Positions 53,803 through 64,000 of a DNA stretch of 64,000 nt are shown in pieces (positions within the stretch are counted from its first letter, which is position 1; each line of letters begins with the position of its first letter). The notes beneath the pieces are model-generated. The model was not told the origin of the DNA, did not search any database, and saw nothing but the letters and a program-made list of their open reading frames with translations. A program made the position numbers and the translations under genes. The DNA comes from Catajapyx aquilonaris (Eukaryota): positions 1 through 64,000 of the forward strand of contig KZ538009.1 of NCBI GenBank assembly GCA_000934665.2, written 5' to 3'.

Positions 53803-56800
53803 CTGCAGGAAAGAGCGAAACTACACGGTTGGTTAATCATTCACTGCTCTCTACCCACACTCTTCACTTGGTCAATATGTAATGTGGGAAGGTGTAGTGT
53901 CAAGTCACACTAATGGGATACATTATATAATTCAACTGTATAATTAGATTCACAATTTTAGTTGGAGGCTCGAAAATAGAGCGTGTTCTGAAGGGAGGGC
54001 TCCAGCGAAGCAACCATTTCCCAGATCCTTCCGTATTTATGTGTGGTCACAGCAAGGCGCCCCATTTGCATAATGCAATAGAGGCAGATGATGTGTTTTC
54101 AAGTCTGGATATTCATTCTGCAAGTTTTCTAGGAGGCGACTGCTTGCTTCAGGAAAGGCGCAAATAAGGAAAAAAAAGCGAGAGTTGAGAGAGGAAAAAA
54201 AAAACTTAAGTTCATTCCAGAAGCAGCAGCGTCGACGGCACTGCATAGCAACAAGCAGCTTTTTTCTCTCTCTTTCCATTCCTTGTCCTGCAGTATTGGA
54301 AGTCGTTTAGAAATCGTTGCGCATTTGTAAATTCCGCAACTTTTTTTTCTTCTCCTCCGTATAGTTCAGCAGTAATCCGGCCGAAAATTAAATTTAAGAC
54401 GGAATTAAAAAGAGAGAAAATATGAAGGCAATCCAATAAACCGAACAAGTTTTATCCTGCGCGATCTCATTACCTTTCCTTTTTTTCGCCCAGGGAAAAA
54501 GGCACCCGGAGAAAACTTTCATCGGAGTTAATACAATTTGAGTTTTATTGCAGAGAAGACAAGTGCTGATTTGCTTCCCTGTTACAAATGCCACTCCCTA
54601 TCATTTGTGCTTCCTCCTTTCCCTATATAGTGAAACTATAGACCAGATCTATCGATCTCCGGGCATATACACTAGTTAATGTCTGAATTTCTAAACAGCA
54701 GGCGTGTGGACCGGGACGTAAAATCCTGCCGGTGCCCTTATAATCACCCCTTTATCAATCAATCACGGGTGAAATAGGTGCATCCGAGCCGCCCTCTTCA
54801 CTCCCATAACTGCCGTTTCAAACTCACCTCATAAATTGCTAAATTCCGTTCTCAAGAAGCTCCTAATGTCGAAAATACAACTCGAGCCATTTTCACTTGA
54901 AATGTAAAAAACACAATATTTTTTGATTCTCCCTGTAGATGGACGCTAATTTTATTTTAAAAACACATTTCAGCTGTTCAATTGGCAATAAATCGAGCTG
55001 CAATTTGGTGATTTATGAGTGCAGTTGGCTCAGTCATATCCTACTTGGGAATGGGAGGGCCTCCCTGCAATATACGGAAGTAAATAAACGGCGGCAAATA
55101 AACCCCCCAAAATGTATGGCCCATTTGAGAGCCCGGTAGTTGCGCTGGGGGAAATTGTATGCCCGTGTTATTTTTGTTTCTAACTATCTATATATGGAGA
55201 GGAGCCCTGTGCAGTTAGGAGCTTGCTGCAAACTGTGGGTCTCTGGCTGTTTGGTGCTGGTTGCAGTAAATACATGTCCTGAACGCATTTACCGCCGGCT
55301 GAATTCTTTGTGCAACCAGCAGCAGGCAATGGAATAGCAAAAGGGCTGAAGCACAGTTCTGGGTCCAATTATGCGGCATGAATAAGCGAGCGCAATAAAT
55401 CCTCACTCCCTCCTCGCTTTTCTTCGTGCTTCTCTAGATATCATTATGTTTGATATAAGCCCGCCCAGAATAACAAAACAGCCATTCTTGTCCGGTCGGG
55501 ATTAAAATTACGTTGATCTTGTAGCAACCGCCGAGGCTTACACATGGCGCCGTAAATTTAGGAGACGGCCGGGCGTCGCGTGTCCTTGCAGATATTGCGA
55601 CAAGGGACTGGATTCGTGAGAACGACCGCCATGGATAAGAAAAAAATATTATGCAGTATCGGCAGATAAGACATCATAAATTAGTAGATAAGCACATTCC
55701 GTAATAATCATTCGAGAAGAGATCATTCACATATTCTGAATTATTACTCTGAATGTTGATATCTGAATGTCATCTGATTACATGTCCAATTTTTTTATAG
55801 AAAGAAATGCGAATATGTGCAACAACTTGCAAACTGGGTTGAGGACACTCGTTTAAGCTTTTATAGACAGTCCGAATGATCATCGCAGCTGAACAAAAAG
55901 TGCGGAAAGTTTTAACAGTTGGCAAGCGAACAAAAAAAAAAAAGAGTTTCACTATCAATCAATTTATGACCGTCCGCGCCCAGTTGCCACCCAACAAATC
56001 AATTACACCGGGGGCTCTGAGTACTTGTCGTTACTGCCATTTTACAACTATTGGACCCCCCACAAAGTTGGAAATAACAGGCACGTTTGGCCTCCTTCCC
56101 ACGTGTTGTTGTTCCAATATCACTTGGCATCTTCGCTTCCGGATGGTGGAGGGGGTCGGAGGTCGTGGTAGGTGGGGGCCAAAAGGTATGCGATAAAAAG
56201 GACCAGCAATTGGCCACATCGGTGCCATTTCCTCTTTTCGACTGTGTTTCATGCGCTAACCTCTCTCACACAACAAAAAAGGCAGTAGCAGAAGCCTCGT
56301 TTACAATCGGCCCCCTAACGCTTTGGAAAGACACTGTCGTGGGGCAGTAAAAGCTAGGGTGGAAAAGGGCATAAATCAGCCTGTAAACAACGGCAGCCGA
56401 GTTGTAAAGCAGAACAAATTGCACAATAGACTGGTCCCCCCCTAGTAACAGCTGGATACAGACCGGGTAGGAAATAGAAGAAAAGGCGGAAAAAAAATTC
56501 AGACGGCTTTACAACTGATGAGCGTAACTCCAAATAGCCATAGTTGCAATGGGGAACTACTTTTATTGCTGGTGTCAAGTCGGCGATAAAAACACCGGCA
56601 ATTAAAAAATAAAAGCTGTCAAAAAATGCGAGGCACGTGCAGGTGGCACAAATTGAAATATACGCTTGTTTCGCAAAGTTGTCAATAGTCTACTGAGCAA
56701 TTAGATTTAAAGTTTTTCTGTTCAAGAACTGTGATACTGCCTGACGTTGTCCAACTTGGCGTTTCCAGCAGGTAATTCAGGTCTCGTAATTGGCAAAGAC

Positions 56801-57332
56801 CCTGCCTGGCAACACCACGCCCAGGCAACACCACCGGACTCACAGTTGATTAAAAACCCAGGCCTATAGCCCGAGTGTGGCTTTTGACTTAATCCATATA
56901 GTTGCTAGGGACTGGTTTTTCCAGCATAAGAAGGATCTCCCCCCATCCCCTGTTGGCAGATTCCGATATAATAATTTATTCAGCATCGGTGCCACTCAAA
57001 CGAATTTTAGTCAGTATTAGAGTCAAATAGAATTGGGCCACTTCCTCCCAGAGGGTCGCGTGTCATTCCAGCAGCCTGTGTGCTCGTCTGCCCTACCAAG
57101 TTAATTTCCAGAACTGTTCTACCGTAGTTTGTCAGATGACAGTCGCAGCGACGAACATAAATTTTGGAAGCGATCACTAAAGGCGCCGAGATCCCATTTA
57201 AAAAAATCGACGCCATTGTGGGGTAAATATTGTAATTTTAAATTCATTTTACACCCCCAATTATTTAAGCACTGATTGTTTTGAGTGATAATAATCAAAT
57301 ATGTGCGATGATATGATCCAGATTTACTGCAT

Positions 57333-57521
57333 GTGACATTTTCAAAATAGCGGTCGTTTGCTGTCAACCCTAACATAGTCGGGATCTTAACAACAACTAG
57401 TATTTTTTTTGTGGAAACAAACGCATTTTGCGGGGTAAATACGGGCCTGATGGCAATCAAATCCATGATGATGGAATAATCCAGTTTTACTCCGCGTGAC
57501 ATTTTCAAAATAGCGGTCGTT
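57333..57521 (+). repeat. 26-bp exact direct repeat, 163 bp apart (probable internal repeat of a DNA-transposon remnant)
   Basis: gtgacattttcaaaatagcggtcgtt at 57333-57358 and 57496-57521, continuing imperfectly as tgctgtcaa / cgctgacaa. Confidence 0.65.
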
Positions 57522-58285
57522 CGCTGACAAATAGAGCACTAATACCTCAACTGTTTCCAATTATGGGGCAAACAACGCAAAAGAATGCCAACTGATGAAA
57601 TTAACCCGGTGCATTACAAAATTACTTTCGGCTCAATTTCCGATGACAATGCCGAATAAAATTGAACAAACAACAACCGACTGTTTGGACAGAGTGGGTT
57701 GGACGGGAGAGGTTTAAAAAAAAAACAGCCAACAAAAAAATATAGCACAAAACCCACTGAAAGATCACATAATTCAGGTCGACATTTTAATGACCGTTGG
57801 TTCGCACCTCGGACTGCATGAATTGCTCTGGCCTAACTAGTGGGGGCCACCAGTAAACAATTTAATTGCCTAATAAAACGGGCATTATCCAAACCACCCC
57901 ACAGCCGATCCGCATCAAAAACCCGGCATATCTCTAAGTTTAATTAAAAAATAATGAAGTTAAAACTACCGGTAAAATTCGGCCCTTGCCCATCGCATCT
58001 ATCGATACCCACTCTAACTGCCTGGGATTGCGCAATGCGAACAGTGCGACAAAAAAAGAACGTTTGTAACAATTAGCAATTGCAGGCAGTTTGTACGGTC
58101 CTAACTAGATGGGATCTCACTCGTAGAATTTGCTTATGTGCATCTGTTTGTCCGCTGGGAGTCATCAGTAGGATGAGCCATCTATGTGAGAGATTTGATG
58201 CTACGTCCACGCGGTGTTGCCAAGTTTTGAATCGTTTTAGACGTTTTCTCATCCAAAAAGATTTATTATACAGTCCGTCAAATCA

Positions 58286-58417
58286 AAGAACGATCTGACG
58301 TCACGTTCAGCCCGCCTCCATCCGGCTCTTCCTACCAATAATGTACTCGAATCGCTCTGCAAGCATACTAATGCGCATGCTCAGAAAACACGGCTGGTGT
58401 GACGTCAGATCGTCCTT
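58286..58417. mobile_element. MITE-like element with about 19-bp terminal inverted repeats
   Basis: aagaacgatctgacgtcac (58286-58304) versus gtgacgtcagatcgtcctt (58399-58417): 18 of 19 complementary, extending imperfectly inward (cagcc/ggctg). No clear target-site duplication. Confidence 0.6.
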
Positions 58418-58782
58418 AGGTTTAAAGTCTCTGTGCGTCCGGGTGTCTGTGGACATGTATCACAGCCTAAACAGCAAGAGATAGCGACAAGCTGTTTTCG
58501 GATTAAAATAATTCAGTGGACCAGCATAAACTTCCGGTTTTTCGGGTTCACTTCCGGGTCAATCTGCATGATTTAGAAATTATTTTTTCTTGAAGGTTAC
58601 TTGGCAACGAGAAAATGAGACTGACAACATTCTGTCATTGTTGTCCAATTTGAATTCCATTGGCAATGAGAAAAAGTATACTCGAATCACGCTCGCAGTG
58701 TTTTGGATGCGGAATCTGCTGCAATATATTTTTGTGTATGAGTTTGTAAGATTGGTAATGTAAGCGATGGAAATCCACCTAC

Positions 58783-58961
58783 CGTTCGCTCTCCCAGGTT
58801 TCGCACCCTGCAGTGCAGAAAGGCGTTTCCACCCAGCTGCACCGTCAGGTTTGTAACCGTGTTGTTGTCGAAGAGTGGCTCCGCAAGCTTCTGGAACTCC
58901 TCGAAGTTGGAATACCACAGCCTTTGCCAGTCGGAACTGCGGCCGAAAGTGTCTCTTCTGC
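58783..58961 (-). CDS. dpr12: Dpr-family exon A: N-terminal linker and start of Ig1
   Basis: Acceptor tttgttttcgcag, donor ACG|gtaggt. 179 nt, entered in phase 1 and left in phase 0. Encodes xRRDTFGRSSDWQRLWYSNFEEFQKLAEPLFDNNTVTNLTVQLGGNAFLHCRVRNLGERT, the typical Dpr P.FD...N.T.Q.G..A.L.C.V.NLG motif. The ORF track shows only a different frame here. Confidence 0.92.
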
Positions 58962-60088
58962 CTGCGAAAACAAATGAGAGCGGTTCTTGAGGAGAGGTCT
59001 TTCCCTCCTGGCATTTGGCGATTTATTACTCTTTCTCTCCCCCCTTTTACTTTTCCCTTGGCAATTTCCAAACCCTCACCTCTTTTCCCCTTCAATCCAG
59101 CCTCATTTCACGGTACACCCTCCTCCAAAAATATATATTAAAGCGGTGGGTCAAACAAATGTGCTGCATGGAAGCCAATATTGATCAAGCATACGGGCCG
59201 CACAATCATTTGCGAATTTTTTTTAGCGCGTTGTTTGCGTTTGAGTTTTGCTACTGCGAATACTTTGGTCGAGTACGGGGGGCTATGTTAAAAATACCCT
59301 CGGTGCGTCGGCTTTCAGCTAAATTATACAGGATTATTTGCGAAAGTGTTTGTCCGTTTGGGATATAGGCCATTGGGGGATTAAAATCCGTTATTTTTCA
59401 TGACAATTCCAGCTGTGGAATACTGCTTGGACCTTATTGTTCAGATGTTAACATACCAAAATGAATTACACAAAAATAATTTCCCAAGGTTGCCCTCAAT
59501 TCCAACTGCTCCTTTGAAGTGCACCGTGTACATTTCTAAATTTATTTTATGGCGGTGTAGTATAAATGTACTGTGCGAATTGCAGCACACGGCATGGGGA
59601 GGTTTATAGCATGTGGTATAAAATATCTAAAGCGCTGAAAGCTTGGAGGTGTTGCAAAAAGGAAGAGTCGACAGCCCCCGTACTTGATGGTAGTCCGGGT
59701 TGTTTTTAGCAAAACCCGGAGACGGACTCGCCAACTAGAAATGTTCCCGTAGAGACCCAAAGGCCAGCTAGCTCGCTTGTCCCACTTAAAAACTGAAGGC
59801 AGACAGATCTTTCTATCTCTCTCATGCCCTACCACCCTTTTTCCTTCCACCATTTCCTCTATTTTTTTAAACCCCTTCATCTTCTTTCGCCACCTCTCAC
59901 TCGCACACAGGAAACTGGGGAAAATCCGGGTTGCCTTTTCATCCAGGCATAATAGTAACAATAAAAGAAGAGCCCTTCGTGGTCGTGCAACCTACATCAC
60001 GTTCAAAGGGCTTCCACTGACCTTTTGGCTTAACGAATAGGGAAAGGCAGAGAAAAATAATATTTACCGCTAGCCCACTTCCATAGAT

Positions 60089-60162
60089 TCGTTCATGTAC
60101 TGTTTATGTAGCATCTAGTCGAACAGGTTCTACTAGACGTTACATAAACAGTACATGAACGA
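60089..60162. repeat. 74-bp near-perfect palindrome/hairpin
   Basis: 22 perfect outer base pairs (tcgttcatgtactgtttatgta / tacataaacagtacatgaacga), then 14 further positions with 3 non-Watson-Crick pairs around a 2-nt centre. Confidence 0.8.
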
Positions 60163-63100
60163 TCATATATGAAAAATCGTCCATCCTACAGACATCAAAA
60201 GTTATGCGGATCGTCATTGTGTTATCGTTATTTTAAATACCATCTAATTAATCTTGTCGGGTCGTTATGCGGGTTCGGATGGGTTTGGGGGGACAGCAAA
60301 TAATCCCGGACAGGTTGAAACCGTTTCGTGTTCATTCCCGGGCATCATCACGGACAGCAGCAATATAAAAGCCCGGTTCCCCACCCAGCACACTGCTCTG
60401 AAACAAATGCGTTCATTGTCAATATCATTTACTCGCGGCAAAATTCAATTGTGTCTCGCAGCCATTTATTGAGATCATATACCTCTCTGCATGCAGGACT
60501 CGCTCATGCAGAATGCCATTAGTAACTCTTGTGATATTATGTAGAAAGAGGGGGGGAAACTAACCGCTTTATTATTTGCACACAATGCTATGCGAACAGT
60601 GATTCAAAGTGGAACTGCATGCGGCTCTAATATGTTCAAGCCAGCGAGAAAACCCGTGACGTTGAATGTGTTAGCATGGGGAAGGGACGTTGCCACGTTT
60701 CTAAACGCCAAATTGCAAGAAATATGTATATAGTAATACCTCACCAAACTTGAAACCTGCACCTCCTTCAAGGCATGTTTACAGCAAATTCAGACACAAA
60801 AGCCATTCCCACCTTTCTTCTCACAACCAGCAAATGATATTGGCCTTTCTCGCTAATTCCTTCGCGAGAAACCCCCCACCTCCGCTTCTCTTAGTTATTT
60901 ATGCCTACAGCCTATTTTCCCTTTGAACCAGTAAGTTGGCTCCGAATGAATGCTGCAAAGCACGTCCGTTTCCCAGAAAATCGTTTGACCCAGGGTTATG
61001 CTGCACACAGCCTCCTTTTCCCAGAGCCAGCCGTCGCTCTTGGAAACCGTGTCGCTCTACCAGACCGCGTCATTTATGACACTAATAAGCTTTGTAGGAC
61101 GCAGTTTTGCCCACAGGAATGACTTTCAGCTCATAACCCTCATAATGCGAGCTGCACCTTAATTAGTAGTCAGACTTCATTTACTACTGCCAACCTAGTA
61201 ATTGCCTACTTTCTCCAGCTAATTCGGGAACTATGGCCGCTGCCAATATTCCAGGCAGCGGAGGGCCCCCCCTGCCTCCGTCTCTCCTTTTAATGATCGG
61301 GCAACAATCGCCTCCAGAAGGTCGCATTGTTTGGAGGGAGGGAGATCAAGGGTGTTCCATTGCTTTCACCCCCACGTTTAGGTCCGGATTAATTTTCCTT
61401 GCTGAAAGCAGCCATAAAGGAGGGCTATCAAAAAAAAGTTAGCTATTTCCAGGAGTTTCGTTTGATGTGTGGTCAAATATACATTATATTAATATTTCTG
61501 GCGCCATCATATTGCTACAAGTATACTAAAAAGCAGGTAAATTTCTGTAAGCAGGTTGTTGCACCACCCTGTGTGTATATGTGCCACGAAAATTCGATTA
61601 GGCTTCCTCCAGGACCTTCCATAATTCCCCTTGGGTGCAAAATACTCTCGCCCCCAAACACATAATTCAAAGCTCCGAATCCAGGTCACAGAAATTTCGG
61701 GTGTAGTAACACTGGGGTTACCTTGATAAAATATGCGCTCGGAGCGTTAATTTAATTTTTAGGCATCGGTACTAGTAGTGCTAGGAATCCGTTGCAATAC
61801 ACGTACCGTCTGTACGTGTCTGAAATACTAGTTCCTATAAGAGAGATAAGGGTGCTGCTTCGCTTTAGAATTCCAGATCGCGAAATGGTGGAAGGCAGCT
61901 TAAGTGGTGTCGGAGTCATCCATTACATAGAAGACTTTAGAAAAAAGAGAGAGAGAAGGATCTATTCCTCGTCTCCATGCTGGCTCTGGTCTTTTTTTGT
62001 GCGTTATCCTCCCACGTTTTCTGATTTGGCGTCACGGAAAACAAGATCTCGATTCCGCCCCAGTGCATTAGCAAGGAGGCTTCTACTCTGGGAGTCGGCT
62101 GATCGCCAGTTTTGGAAGGCCTCAGGAATCAAGGAGGCAGGCAGCAGACAACATTCGCCACCACTTTGGACCCAAGTCACTCTTGTCTGTGGGGGATGTT
62201 CACAAGGACCGCTCGAACACACCCACACACCACGGGAGACATTCTAATAGGAGGACTTATCTGGATAGTACTGCCTGAAGGAGTGTTTAATCCTACAGAA
62301 CTTCACCTTGAATTTAACCTAGCTTTAATCTTACATAGAATTAAGCAGACCAGACTGTGTCTGTCCACGGTGACTCATCAGTCATCACCAACGTGCATGT
62401 ACTGTAGTACTACTTTCCCCCTGAGAGCGGCAGTAGTGTGCTGTCATCCGCCTATCATCCTACTTCCAACGGGCCAGACAGTGTTGCCAAGTTTTGGACT
62501 TGATATCAACTGGCTCGTCAGATGGCGTTACCATGACCTAAAAAAACTAGACTTTAATATCGGGAGCTACTTCGGCAGCAGAGTCAGGTCCTGACCCCTG
62601 CGGACTCCTCATCTCAAGTAGGTCAGCGCCTTATTCGCACAGTGCATGATCTTGTGATTCTAATCCCATCAGAGACCGCCACTCGCTTCGCCTGGAAGCG
62701 CATTGATCCCTGGGAGAAAAGAGGGTTGAGGGAAGGAAGGAAAAAGACGGAATAGAAAAAAAAATTGTGGGATGAGTCCTTGAGACAGCTCAAAGTCTTG
62801 ATCCGCAAATGCAACTCAGCATCCCGTGGCTTGCTCTTTCTCAACTAGATTTTTTTTCCGGCAAAACCGCAGCCTGCAATGGTGTCAAAGCCAATTAAAG
62901 AGGGTCGCTTCTTTTCCGACCTCTAAACACATGTTGAGAACCCCTCAAAAAAGGACTCAAAATTTTTTGCACAGTTGCTCATAAAGGATGTGTGCAAAGT
63001 ACATTTACACGAGCCCAACTCTCATGGCGCCTACTATTTTTTTTCTCCATCCCACACCATGGCCGAAATTATTCATCCAGGCAGTTGAAACAGAGCAGCA

Positions 63101-64000
63101 GCATTTGCTACATCCTGCATAAAATATCACATACGCAGTACTTTGCATCAGCATTTCAATCGCACACACATGTAAAAAAAAAAGGTGGAGGTGAGTGCGG
63201 TTTCGAATTCCTGTCCCCGGTAACTAATTTAAAAGTCGGCAACGAAAAACGTCCGCTTTTGTCGGGGGGTCGTGATACAGCTAGGATTTGAGGGGTGTGG
63301 TGCCCTAGCGGCGGCCTATTTTTGCGACAAAATGGTCCAAATTCGCTTATTACAAGTGCATGAAAACGAGAAGTGGCCAGGGGCGTGGTTCTAGTCCGGC
63401 TGCCCAACTTTTCCTACAGCCGCGGCAGCTCAGCTTTAATATTCAAAAAGAGTGGGGGGTGTCCATGCCCAGCAGGCCTCAAATGCCTGCGGATCCCACA
63501 GAACAGAAACAGTTATTACAGATATTGCATGAACGTCGCAGATAATGAAAAAAAAAGCGAAATTGCTTTCTCGCTCATTCCCCTTCACGTTATGTATAAC
63601 TAGTTTGTTCAAGCATGCAAGTTATAGAAATTGCTGCGTACAAAATACTCTTCAAGTTTCTGTAACAAACAAACCATCAGTTGCGTACACAGTATGTCCA
63701 ATTAAATTTGAAATCAGTGAATTATTTACGGTTTTATCTGGAAGGCCGGTTCTTCTTCTTACAGATGACTTGCTAATTTGTTTTTAAAGTGCTTGTTTGT
63801 TACAACTTGTATATGCTGGGGTGATTATATTACAAGGAAGAGGCTACGGTTAACATCAAAAATTCTGATCCTTGGCTGGAGGCTCCCAAGATACGCGTTT
63901 CTAGCTATTGGATGGTGCACGTTCCGTGAGCATTGACAAAGCAAGCCAATAAAACAAGACATCAAAAGAAGACCGGAGCACACACAGACCAGAGATAATT

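Larger units (their letters stand above)
31829..58961 (-). other. dpr12: Span of a Dpr-family two-Ig-domain neuronal cell-surface protein gene (dpr12-like), five coding exons, 5'-partial
   Basis: Five exons (179+162+135+214+110 = 800 nt) join in frame across GT-AG introns of 4980, 16143, 1674 and 3536 nt. The product has Ig1 (LHC...W...D.G.YEC), Ig2 (LVC...W...DSGNYTC) and a hydrophobic C-tail. The dpr12 label rests on my recollection of fly Dpr12 motifs (VQLGG.AFL.C, ISW.RRRDWHIL, CIIEKSPTPPQYV, GD.MAAI..RKTSSA), not on a database search. Confidence 0.85.

Noticed and set aside
1..64000. CRISPR arrays, operons, tRNA/rRNA genes or another prokaryote-type novel system
   Set aside because: I saw no regularly spaced repeat-spacer array, no dense coding and no recognisable structural RNA. 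Spliceosomal introns and eukaryotic TEs explain the window.

Overview
Eukaryotic, very probably arthropod (insect-like) genomic DNA, about 98% non-coding. One protein-coding gene is supported: a minus-strand, two-Ig-domain Dpr-family (defective proboscis extension response) cell-surface protein that most resembles Drosophila Dpr12 as I recall it. Five coding exons (58961-58783, 53802-53641, 37497-37363, 35688-35475, 31938-31829) splice with GT-AG boundaries and matching phases into one open frame of about 265 aa. The frame ends in a GPI-signal-like hydrophobic tail. I could not find the signal-peptide exon, which probably lies beyond the right edge. The rest of the window is long introns and about 31 kb of 3' flank. 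These carry a 5'-truncated RTE-like LINE at the left edge, short Helitron-like elements, MITE-like inverted repeats (one with perfect 65-bp arms), small palindromes, CTCF-like motifs, microsatellites and G/C homopolymers. Almost all listed ORFs are chance frames. I see no convincing novel multi-gene system. The best leads are possible alternative C-termini of the Dpr protein and structured or TE-derived elements in its introns.
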